The translations under genes and the position numbers were made by a program. From contig OZ024742.1 of the NCBI GenBank assembly GCA_964016885.1, positions 8,060,001 through 8,124,000 of the forward strand: a stretch of 64,000 bases of DNA. Reading direction: 5' to 3'. This stretch comes from Eledone cirrhosa (Eukaryota). Positions within the stretch are counted from its first letter, which is position 1. Each line of letters begins with the position of its first letter. Below are positions 38,405 to 50,600 of this stretch, in pieces. Below the pieces are notes generated by a model. It searched no databases. It worked only from the letters and a program-made list of their open reading frames with translations, and was not told the origin of the DNA.

Positions 38405-40237
38405 TTTGGTGTTGAAAGTGAAGAAAGAAAAGCACTTACCTCTCCGGGTTGCGTAATTTCCATGGCATCAGGTGTGTTGGGTGGAGGGATGTTTTGTGGT
38501 GGTGTGGGGGTACACGTGTGTGGTGGGGTTGGGGTATTTGGAGTTGTGTCAGGGAGAGGGGCGGTTATGGGGAAATCTTTCAAGAGGACGCGATTCAACG
38601 GTTTTAAACAGGGGGGGGCTCACGTCCCGTCTAAATTGTTCTTTTAAGGAACGATAAAGGTCCAGAGGGACCTTTATCATTTTTAAATGGGTGAAGTTCT
38701 CTGTTGAGATAAAGTTTGGCCCTTCGGTCTGCACCATAGGGTTATTGTTTATTAATTTAACCAGTTTTTTGTTTTCTTTATTTATATATGTGTATTGCAA
38801 CGTCTTTTTTTGTGATGCTGTCAATGTTTCGGAGAGGGGAGGCGCAGATTTATTTTTGTTTGTTGAGGGTGGGGTGTTTTTGATTGGAGTTGGTGTTTGT
38901 GTGTGGGTTATTTGTGGTGTGCTGGGTGTGTGTTTTCTTTTTTTTCTTTTAACTTGTCTGAAGGCTTCTCCTCCTTCTTCTTCAGAAGTTGGGGGAAACT
39001 CTTCAGCGCTAGGTGGGAGGGACGTGTTGTGTGGTTGGTTTTTTTTTGCGGGAGGGGTAGATTTGTTACTGTTTTTTTTATTATTTGTTTGGAATGGGTT
39101 TTGCGGTGGTGGTGGTGGTAATGTTTGTGTCGTGCTTGTGGTTGGTAATGGTGGTGGTGATGTTTGTGTTGTGGTTGGTGGTGGTGATTTTTGTGTCGTG
39201 CTTGTGTTTGGTGCTGGTGGTGGTGATGTTTGTGTTGTGTTTGTGGTTGGTGGTGTCTGTATTTTGTTTGCTGTGTGTGGTATTAGTGTATTTTTGGAGG
39301 TGGGTGGTGCTGGTGTACTGTTTGTGGTGGGTGTGGGCAATAGTCCTTTTTGGGGGATACGTTTCGGGCAGTTAGCCTTAACGTGTCCCCTTTCCATGCA
39401 TAAATAGCATGCTGGTCTTCTCCCCTCTACAATTATGTCTATTGGGGTAAGGTCATCCAGCCAGATGCGATCCGGGATTTGTGCTATTCTTTCGGGCCTC
39501 ATTTGGACTAGTATGTCGAGGCCCATTCCCAGGAACGCATCTCCAGTTGCCTTCCCCATTGACAGCATAGTGTCTTCGCCCATATCAATGAAGCCAGCAA
39601 TAGCCCACCAGAAGTCCATTGTGGGCAGCATTGTTTTTACTTTTATTCTCTGTGTTCTTCTACCCATGTAGGAGGGATAGAAGCTATATGTTGTCGACGA
39701 GAGTGGGCTTAGGGAAAGCTGAACCGCCGTTTCTTTGTCTCTTGTTAGGACCGAAATGCTGCCATAGAGTCGGTCCTTTCGTATGAAGAGAATATTCTTC
39801 ATATAGTCTTTTAGGACTAACTCTATTTCCATTTGGCTGGGCTGTGCTGGCTTTCTTGACTGGTTTAGTATAGTTCTGTATATAACTGTGTTTTCTGCTC
39901 TGGCTTTCTTGAATTCTGGGGGGGAGTTAATGGAAAACATTCCGTTCTCCCCCAAAACAATATGTTTCTTTGCTTCGGCCAGTTTTTCTCTGGCGGCAGT
40001 TAGGTCAATTGGTGTGTATGTAATGGATTGCTTTGTTTTCTGGGCGAAAGTTGCCCTGTCGTTATTTGTATTATTTTCTGTTTGTTTGTTTTCTGTTTGC
40101 TCATTTTCCTTAACATTTGTTTTTTCATTTTGTTTGTTTGTTTCAATGTCTAATTTTGTTGTAATTATTTTTTGTTCTTCAGACTTGGGGGGCGTGGCAG
40201 AGCTAATGGCAGACATGTCTGCCATCTTTTCCGCCAT
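38401..40237 (-). CDS. Copy 4 ORF1 (CCHC knuckle, Pro/Thr-rich linker, basic KRKKRK patch); one frameshift in a C homopolymer near 38615
   Basis: CYLCMERGHVKANC in ORF 38549-40264 (first ATG: MAEKMADM). The C-terminus continues in ORF 38401-38598 (NRVLLK, homologous to copy 1). Confidence 0.9.
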
Positions 40238-41039
40238 GCTGCCAAGAAAGAAATTTTTCGGCAAAAATAGATATTTATTTTACCCCCTAAAAAGGGGGTA
40301 AATGCAAAAATGTTTCCCTAAATAACAGGGGTTAGTGTTCCAAATGTGTTGCACTAAAAAATTTATCCGGTACTTACAATAGTAAGGGTAAATCCCGATG
40401 GAATAGCGGAGCCGATGCGAAGCGTGTCTTACTCTATCAAGATAGATAGATAGATAGATAGATAGAGCGCTGGAAAAAAAAAATAAAAAAAAAAGCAGTT
40501 TTAAAGAAAATGAAGTGAAAGTATTTGAATGTGTATATTTAGTAAGAAAGAGAAATAAAAACAACGCACATCGAAAATGTAAGAGGCTGAATGAAATGAA
40601 GGAAGGGGCAATTTAGAGAAAAAGTGAAAGGAACTCTAATAGAAGACAGACGAAAGGAATTGATTAAATAATGAGAATAGTGGGAGATAGCATAACATAA
40701 ATGGCTGCAGAATGTTCCATATTGTAAAAGAGAAACTTCATTCTATCCAATATTCAAACATTACATGTAAGTGGTGAACTGGGAAATCTTCGTAAGAACA
40801 TCAAGCTATAAAATCTGAAACTACTCGTCTCAAACAGTGACGTATCCACCATCAACGCCAACTATCGTTAGATACTAACCCGACATCAACATTAGTATCA
40901 CTGTTATTACTCATCAACAACACGCACCAATACTAATGGCTGGTGGACAGGCGTCAGTTGCAACGGTATGTTCTCTACTTGATCTAACCAGAAATTTAAT
41001 TCAATGTATTATAATATATATATATAAGGCTTCGAATTT

Positions 41040-41160
41040 ATGGAGTGGTTAAAACGTTGGATAGAATGGTTTACGGTCTGTCTAGGTTCAAACCTCACCG
41101 AGATAAACATTACATTTCATTCTTTTGAGGTCGATACGTAAAGTACGACCCCAGTACATA
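41040..41160 (+). mobile_element. Decayed SINE (family of 18580-18770)
   Basis: GGTTCAAACCTCACCGAG...TTTCATTCTTTTGAGGTCGATA. Confidence 0.55.
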
Positions 41161-41242
41161 TGTCGATTCTTCTCATTTTCTCTGTCACCCTCTTTCTTTC
41201 TCATTTCCTGTCACTTCCTCTGTCACTTTCTCACTCACTCTC

Positions 41243-41311
<69 letters not shown>

Positions 41312-42007
41312 ATCTCTCTATCTATCTATCTATCTGTCTTTCTTTCTTTCCCTTTCAGGACGAAATCAGCTGTGTTCAGACCTGGGATGGGCTCTACCAG
41401 GTGTTGAATGTCCAAGACAAATATATAACCTTTGTAAAATAATAATCTAATCGACATCAGTTGGATAGTTTTCGAAAATGTAATATTTTCCACTGAACAC
41501 GAATTCTTAGGTAACTTGTGTACAACAGAAGAAATTATGAAGCTTCAAATGATATGAAAACAGAGTGTTAATATATTTCTCTGCACATGAAATACTTTCT
41601 TCGATATCATAATTGTACCAACTAATGGTACCCTGAAAAATGAAGACATTCTACAATATAAACGATGCATATCATTTTCATGCTCCAGTATAGGTTTTAA
41701 ATTCGACTGAAAGTTAAAGTGACCTGCTGTATTATTAACTCCTCATGTTAATTGCATATAACTAATAAATACGAATTAGTTTTGTTTCCTTCAAGTATAA
41801 GCTGCTTCAAACAAAACAACTTCAAACTTCTTTATTTAAATATTTATAAATTGATTAATATTAAACCAGTTAAACACAAATACACAGAGGAAGAGACACA
41901 CATACACGTACACACACACATATATATACACATTAATTAACATGCTTACACATCGACACATAATACACACATACAGAGGTATCTACAGATATGCATAGTT
42001 AATAAAT

Positions 42008-42059
<52 letters not shown>

Positions 42060-42063
<4 letters not shown>

Positions 42064-42372
42064 AAAGGATAACAAGGACGATTGGTTACTCCTTCATTAC
42101 ATTTATTGGTTGGTGACGCGCGTTTCGCCACTGATCAGCTCAAGGTTCGATTTGTATCGATCTTACCCGACTCAATAATCGGCAGCTCGACGGACCCCTT
42201 AAAATGGTCCATTTTACGCGCGTCACCTACCAATAAATGTAATGAAGTAGTAACCAATCGTCCTTGTTAGCCTTTCAATATATTACACTCTGTATAGCTC
42301 TACACCTCAACACAGAAGTGAACCTAAACATCGAGTGCTCACCCGGGTGAACCTGCAGTAACTCAAACTTAC
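42060..42372 (+). mobile_element. PLE pLTR remnant with inverted arms (42060-42208 reverse; 42217-42282 forward) plus tail
   Basis: Same family as 19741-19890; inverted duplication read directly; left end in (TA)n. Confidence 0.7.
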
Positions 42373-43515
42373 TCACACACATGGGCAGCAAATTTCCACT
42401 ATTGTGCATGCATTCTTTTCCCTGTCCCATATCATTATATCTGGTCTATTATGCCTGCATTTTATTGGGGCTTTTACTGGAACATTCCACCAGTACTCTT
42501 TCATATTATGTACGTGGATGTCTTCCACATTGCTGTAGCTTTTAATGTGTTTTTTATCGGGGCTATATTTTCTACGGATTGCATCGTACAGTGTTTTGGC
42601 CACTACATCATGCCTCATAGGTAGATAGTACCGCGATGACATCTTTGGACAGCTGCTGATGACATGGGTGACATCTTCGATGTTAATTCTGCAGAGTCTG
42701 CACTTGTTATCACATCTAGGTGTTTTGCCTGCATCCCTATCTCTTTTGTGACTCAGGTATTTGTGTTAATTTCCTGTTCTTGGATTGCAAAAGCGTATCT
42801 TTCAAAGTGGGAGCCAATATAGCGGTTGTTGGTCCAAGATAGAATACTTTCCTTATCTATATTACTCTCACTCTGGAGCTTCCTGGCAACCTATCCATGA
42901 ATGATTTTTTGCTGAGAAGCATGCAGTTTTTCATCCATAGATTCACTGTGATAATGCTGAGCGACTTCCCTGGGTTGTCACACGGAATATCTCCCGAGAA
43001 GTTCCTTCCCAACTCTCATGATCTTATCTGTTTCATGCAGATAGTCTTGCTCGAGAAACGGGCTCCTACGCTTCGAGGTTCGTATAGGTTGTCGGAGGGA
43101 TATAATGCGACATTCAAATGCTGTCTCGAGTGATGTTAGGCCTCTGCCTCCCTGCTTACATTTCAAGTAAAGGCGGTCTATGTCACTTTTGATGTGGGAG
43201 TTTCCGGTGTTGTTTAGTATTTTTCGAGTTCTAACATCAACTGCTTGGATTTCGTCTATCGTCCAATTGAGTATTCCAAACGTTGGTGTTAGGAAAGGCA
43301 CAGCAAACACATTGTGAGCCACTGTTTTGTTTTGCGCAGAGAGTTCCGAGGACCAAATTTTTCTTAATCGGGTGTAGTATTCCCTGGTTACGCGTTCCTT
43401 ATTACAGACACCATTATATGATATGTTCTCATCTATCCCCAGGTATCTGTAGCAGTCCTCATCAGATATCGGTGAAACAGTTAGGCCATTGATGACAATG
43501 TTGCTAGATTGGGTT
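42373..43515 (-). mobile_element. Internal fragment of an R4/Dong-like RLE-type non-LTR retrotransposon, decayed
   Basis: YRYLGI, DRLYL..KQGGRGL, CRLC...HVISSCPKM, RHD.V and HNRPDI..WD...IVEICCP (ORFs 42978-43532 and 42373-42642). Confidence 0.85.
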
Positions 43516-43575
43516 GTATGTATGTGTCTCACGCCAGTCCCACCCTCTTAACCAAGATGATATTCTTTTTGGTAA

Positions 43576-43870
43576 ATATCATCTTGGTTAAGAGAGTGGG
43601 ACTGGCTTTGTGCAGTGCCTTTGCTCACTATAAAAGCTTCACGGCACAGGCATTGCTTTATATCTAGGGATCTCTCTGCACTTGTCGTCACATGGTATCA
43701 AGGGCCCAGCACTATGTGTCAATAATTGTCACAAGTGTAGTGTTTGTACCAGAGTTTTCAAGTCGCTGGCTGGACTAAAAAGTCACACTCGTTCAGCGCA
43801 TCGGTAGGGGTTCTCCTACATGGATATAAAGTAGTAGTCGTACTCGAAAACGAGTTGGCAGCCACCATGT
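43576..43870 (+). mobile_element. 3' end of an RTE-type LINE
   Basis: 43730-43807 translates to HKCSVCTRVFKSLAGLKSHTRSAHR* (C2H2 finger typical of RTE ORF ends), followed by a short 3'UTR with hairpin ACTCG-AAAA-CGAGT. Confidence 0.65.
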
Positions 43871-44656
43871 GTCTCACGCACGCACCCACACACACTCTCT
43901 CTCACACACACATACAAACACGCTCTCACTCTCTCTTTCTCTTTCACACACACATACAGACACACTCTCTCTGTCATTCTCTCTTTTTTCTCTCCCTCTC
44001 TCTCTCACACTCTTTCTCTCTCTCTCATTCTCTCTTTCTCTCTCCCTCTCTCTCTCACACTCTTTCTCTCTCTCTCATTCTCTCTCACTCTCACTCTCTC
44101 ACTCCCTCTTTCAACACACATACATACACACTCTCTCTCTCACACATACACTCTCTCTCCTCTCTCAACACACCATGCTACTCTAGACAATATGTTAACC
44201 CGACAGTAATATTGAACTAAATACAATAAACAATATCGAATCAAGAGAATATTTAACGAGGTGAATACATTAAAATATGAAAGAAAAGAAACATAACATT
44301 GAAGTGGATTAAAATACATAAAAATAAAAATCCAAGTTTGTGTGTTGTTAAGCTGTTTAGAAGACATCGAAGAACATAGTTTAATATTGTTAAATACAAT
44401 TAAAAAATCGTCACGATACTTAATAAATTAACGGCGAAAAAGAAAATTGTGAAATGTAAGTTCAATAATTAAGTATATAAACCTAATGATTGATGTTAAT
44501 TGAGTGAAAGGTTAAATAATTAAATGAATATATTAAAGTTTGTAACTGGAATAGATGTTAACTTGTATGTTTGTAAGTTTCTATTGTGTAGTTTCAACGA
44601 GATAAGATTATTAAATTGATTAGAGGCTAAATAGACGTTTCTTTGCTGTACTCTTA

Positions 44657-47600
44657 TTGTCAAGGTTTCTATCTGGACATTATACGTTATAGGTCTACCC
44701 AGTGGTTGTCAAGGTTTCTATCTGGACATTATACGTTATAGAAGGTCTACCCAGTGGTTGTCAAGGTTTCTATCTGGACATTATACGTTATAGAAGGTCT
44801 ACCCAGTGGTTGTCAAGGTTTCTATCTGGACATTATACGTTATAGAAGGTCTACCCAGTGGTTGACAAGGTTTCTATCTGGACATTATACGTTATAGAAG
44901 GTCTACCCAGTGGTTGTCAAGGTTTCTATCTGGACATTATACGTTATAGAAGGTCTACCCAGTGGTTGTCAAGGTTTCTATCTGGACATTATACGTTATA
45001 GAAGGTCTACCCAGTGGTTGTCAAGGTTTCTATCTGGACATTATACGTTATAGAAGGTCTACCCAGTGGCTGTCAAGGTTTCTATCTGGACATTATACGT
45101 TATAGAAGGTCTACCCAGTGGTTGTCAAGGTTTCTATCTGGACATTATACGTTATAGAAGGTCTACCCAGTGGTTGACAAGGTTTCTATCTGGACATTAT
45201 ACGTTATAGAAGGTCTACCCAGTGGTTGTCAAGGTTTCTATCTGGACATTATACGTTATAGAAGGTCTACCCAGTGGTTGACAAGGTTTCTATCTGGACA
45301 TTATACGTTATAGGTCTACCCAGTGGTTGTCAAGGTTTCTATCTGGACATTATACGTTATAGAAGGTCTACCCAGTGGTTGTCAAGGTTTCTATCTGGAC
45401 ATTATACGTTATAGAAGGTCTACCCAGTGGTTGTCAAGGTTTCTATCTGGACATTATACGTTATAGGTCTACCCAGTGGTTGTCAAGGTTTCTATCTGGA
45501 CATTATACGTTATAGAAGGTCTACCCAGTGGTTGTCAAGGTTTCTATCTGGACATTATACGTTATAGGTCTACCCAGTGGTTGTCAAGGTTTCTATCTGG
45601 ACATTATACGTTATAGAAGGTCTAACCAGTGGTTGTCAAGGTTTCTATCTGGACATTATACGTTATAGAAGGTCTACCCAGTGGTTGTCAAGGTTTCTAT
45701 CTGGACATTATACGTTATAGAAGGTCTACCCAGTGGTTGTCAAGGTTTCTATCTGGACATTATACGTTATAGAAGGTCTACCCAGTGGTTGTCAAGGTTT
45801 CTATCTGGACATTATACGTTATAGAAGGTCTACCCAGTGGTTGTCAAGGTTTCTATCTGGACATTATACGTTATAGGTCTACCCAGTGGTTGTCAAGGTT
45901 TCTATCTGGACATTATACGTTATAGAAGGTTTACCCAGTGGTTGTCAAGGTTTCTATCTGGACATTATACGTTATAGAAGGTCTACCCAGTGGTTGTCAA
46001 GGTTTCTATCTGCACATTATACGTTATAGGTCTACCCAGTGGTTGTCAAGGTTTCTATCTGGACATTATACGTTATAGAAGGTTTACCCAGTGGTTGTCA
46101 AGGTTTCTATCTGGACATTATACGTTATAGAAGGTCTACCCAGTGGTTGTCAAGGTGTCTATCTGGACATTATACGTTATAGAAGGTCTACCCAGTGGTT
46201 GTCAAGGTTTCTATCTGGACATTATACGTTATAGGTCTACCCAGTGGTTGTCAAGGTTTCTATCTGGACATTATACGTTATAGAAGGTCTACCCAGTGGT
46301 TGTCAAGGTTTCTATCTGCACATTATACGTTATAGGTCTACCCAGTGGTTGTCAAGGTTTCTATCTGGACATTATACGTTATAGAAGGTTTACCCAGTGG
46401 TTGTCAAGGTTTCTATCTGGACATTATACGTTATAGAAGGTCTACCCAGTGGTTGTCAAGGTTTCTATCTGGACATTATACGTTATAGAAGGTCTACCCA
46501 GTGGTTGTCAAGGTTTCTATCTGGACATTATACGTTATAGGTCTACCCAGTGGTTGTCAAGGTTTCTATCTGGACATTATACGTTATAGAAGGTCTACCC
46601 AGTGGTTGTCAAGGTTTCTATCTGCACATTATACGTTATAGGTCTACCCAGTGGTTGTCAAGGTTTCTATCTGGACATTATACGTTATAGAAGGTTTAAC
46701 AAGTGGTTGTCAAGGTTTCTATCTGGACATTATACGTTAGAGGTCTACCCAGTGGTTTTCAAGGTTTCTATCTGGACATTATACGTTATAGAAGGTCTAC
46801 CCAGTGGTTGTCAAGGTTTCTATCTGGACATTATACGTTGTAGAAGGTTTACCCAGTGGTTGTCAAGGTTTCTATCTGGACATTATACGTTGTAGAAGGT
46901 CTACCCAGTGGTTGTCAAGGTTTCTATCTGGACATTATACGTTATAGGTCTACCCAGTGGTTGTCAAGGTTTCTATCTGGACATTATACGTTATAGGTCT
47001 ACCCAGTGGTTGTCAAGGTTTCTATCTGGACATTATACGTTATAGAAGGTCTACCCAGTGGTTGACAAGGTTTCTATCTGGACATTATACGTTATAGAAG
47101 GTCTACCCAGTGGTTGTCAAGGTTTCTATCTGGACATTATACGTTATAGAAGGTCTACCCAGTGGTTGTCAAGGTTTCTATCTGGACATTATACGTTGTA
47201 GAAGGTCTACCCAGTGGTTGTCAAGGTTTCTATCTGGACATTATACGTTGTAGAAGGTCTACCCAGTGGTTGACAAGGTTTCTATCTGGACATTATACGT
47301 TATAGAAGGTCTACCCAGTGGTTGTCAAGGTTTCTATCTGGACATTATACGTTATAGAAGGTCTACCCAGTGGTTGACAAGGTTTCTATCTGGACATTAT
47401 ACGTTATAGGTCTACCCAGTGGTTGTCAAGGTTTCTATCTGGACATTATACGTTGTAGAAGGTCTACCCAGTGGTTGTCAAGGTTTCTATCTGGACATTA
47501 TACGTTATAGAAGGTCTACCCAGTGGTTGTCAAGGTTTCTATATGGACATTATACGTTATAGAAGGTCTACCCAGTGGTTGTCAAGGTTTCTATCTGGAC

Positions 47601-50600
47601 ATTATACGTTATAGAAGGTCTACCCAGTGGTTGTCAAGGTTTCTATCTGGACATTATACGTTGTAGAAGGTCTATCCAGTGGTTGTCAATGTTTCTATCT
47701 GGACATTATACGTTATAGAAGGTCTACCCAGTGGTTGTCAAGGTTTCTATCTGGACATTATACGTTATAGAAGGTCTACCCAGTGGTTGTCAAGGTTTCT
47801 ATCTGGACATTATACGTTATAGAAGGTCTACCCAGTGGTTGTCAAGGTTTCTATCTGGACATTATACGTTATAGAAGGTCTACCCAGTGGTTGACAGGGT
47901 TTCTATCTGGACATTATACGTTATAGAAGGTCTACCCAGTGGTTGTCAAGGTTTCTATCTGGACATTATACGTTATAGAAGGTCTACCCAGTGGTTGACA
48001 AGGTTTCTATCTGGACATTATACGTTATAGAAGGTCTACCCAGTGGTTGTCAAGGTTTCTATCTGGACATTATACGTTATAGAAGGTCTACCCAGTGGTT
48101 GACAAGGTTTCTATCTGGACATTATACGTTATAGAAGGTTTACCCAGTGGTTGTCAAGGTTTCTATCTGGACATTATACGTTATAGGTCTACCCAGTGGT
48201 TGTCAAGGTTTCTATCTGGACATTATACGTTATAGAAGGTCTACCCAGTGGTTGTCAAGGTTTCTATCTGGACATTATACGTTGTAGAAGGTCTACCCAG
48301 TCGTTGTCAAGGTTTCTATCTGGACATTATACGTTGTAGAAGGTCTACCCAGTCGTTGTCAAGGTTTCTATCTGGACATTATACGTTATAGAAGGCCTAC
48401 CCAGTGGCTGTCAAGGTTTCTATCTGGACATTATACGTTATAGAAGGTCTACCCAGTGGTTGTCAAGGTTTCTATCTGGACATTATACGTTATAGGTCTA
48501 CCCAGTGGTTGTCAAGGTTTCTATCTAGACATTATACGTTATAGAAGGTCTACCCAGTGGTTGTCAATGTTTCTATCTGGACATTATACGTTATAGAAGG
48601 TCTACCCAGTCGTTGTCAAGGTTTCTATCTGGAAATTATACGTTGTAGAAGGTCTACCCAGTCGTTGTCAAGGTTTCTATCTGGACATTATACGTTATAG
48701 AAGGTCTACCCAGTCGTTGTCAAGGTTTCTATCTGGACATGATACGTTATAAGTCTACCCAGTGGTTGTCAAGGTTTCTATCTGGACATTATAGGTTATA
48801 GAAGGTCTACCCAGTGGTTGTCAAGGTTTCTATCTGGACATTATACGTTATAGGTCTACCCAGTGGTTGTCAATGTTTCTATCTGGACATTATACGTTAT
48901 AGAAGGTCTACCCAGTGGTTGTCAAGGTTTCTATCTGGACATTATACGTTATAGAAGGTCTACCCAGTGGTTGTCAAGGTTCCTATCTGGACATTATACG
49001 TTATAGGTCTACCCAGTGGTTGTCAAGATTTCTATCTGGACATTATACGTTATAGAAGGTCTACCCAGTGGTTGTCAAGGTTTCTATCTGGACATTATAC
49101 GTTATACGTCTACCCAGTGGTTGTCAATGTTTCTATCTGGACATTATACGTTATAGAAGGTCTACCCAGTGGTTGTCAAGGTTTCTATCTGGACATTATA
49201 CGTTATAGAAGGTCTACCCAGTGGTTGTCAAGGTTTCTATCTGGACATTATACGTTATAGGTCTACCCAGTGGTTGTCAATGTTTCTATCTGGACATTAT
49301 AGGTTATAGAAGGTCTACCCAGTGGTTGTCAAGGTTTCTATCTGGACATTATACGTTATAGAAGGTCTACCCAGTGGTTGTCAAGGTTTCTATCGGGACA
49401 TTATACGTTATAGGTCTACCCAGTGGTTGTCAATGTTTCTATCTGGACATTATACGTTATAGAAGGTCTACCCAGTGGTTGTCAAGGTTTCTATCTGGAC
49501 ATTATACGTTATAGAAGGTCTACCCAATGGTTGTCAAGGTTTCTATCTGGACATTATACGTTATAGAAGGTCTACCCAGTGGTTGTCAAGGTTTCTAGCT
49601 GGACATTATACGTTATAGGTCTACCCAGTGGTTGTCAAGGTTTCTATCTGGACATTATACGTTATAGAAGGTCTACCCAGTGGTTGTCAAGGTTTCTATC
49701 TGCACATTATACGTTATAGGTCTACCCAGTGGTTGTCAAGGTTTCTATCTGGACATTATACGTTATAGAAGGTTTAACAAGTGGTTGTCAAGGTTTCTAT
49801 CTGGACATTATACGTTAGAGGTCTACCCAGTGGTTTTCAAGGTTTCTATCTGGACATTATACGTTATAGAAGGTCTACCCAGTGGTTGTCAAGGTTTCTA
49901 TCTGGACATTATACGTTGTAGAAGGTTTACCCAGTGGTTGTCAAGGTTTCTATCTGGACATTATACGTTGTAGAAGGTCTACCCAGTGGTTGTCAAGGTT
50001 TCTATCTGGACATTATACGTTATAGGTCTACCCAGTGGTTGTCAAGGTTTCTATCTGGACATTATACGTTATAGGTCTACCCAGTGGTTGTCAAGGTTTC
50101 TATCTGGACATTATACGTTATAGAAGGTCTACCCAGTGGTTGACAAGGTTTCTATCTGGACATTATACGTTATAGAAGGTCTACCCAGTGGTTGTCAAGG
50201 TTTCTATCTGGACATTATACGTTATAGAAGGTCTACCCAGTGGTTGTCAAGGTTTCTATCTGGACATTATACGTTGTAGAAGGTCTACCCAGTGGTTGTC
50301 AAGGTTTCTATCTGGACATTATACGTTGTAGAAGGTCTACCCAGTGGTTGACAAGGTTTCTATCTGGACATTATACGTTATAGAAGGTCTACCCAGTGGT
50401 TGTCAAGGTTTCTATCTGGACATTATACGTTATAGAAGGTCTACCCAGTGGTTGACAAGGTTTCTATCTGGACATTATACGTTATAGGTCTACCCAGTGG
50501 TTGTCAAGGTTTCTATCTGGACATTATACGTTGTAGAAGGTCTACCCAGTGGTTGTCAAGGTTTCTATCTGGACATTATACGTTATAGAAGGTCTACCCA

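Larger units (their letters stand above)
34727..40440 (-). mobile_element. Tx1-like LINE copy 4: full length, nearly intact
   Basis: 5'UTR, ORF1, ORF2 and 3'UTR with AATAAA; (GATA)n at 34644-34726 and 40441-40464. Confidence 0.95.

Noticed and set aside
30014-40301. Plus-strand Val/Cys/Gly-rich ORFs (30014-30508, 31359-31928, 38691-39407, 39888-40301)
   Set aside because: Antisense shadows of the low-complexity LINE ORF1 regions.
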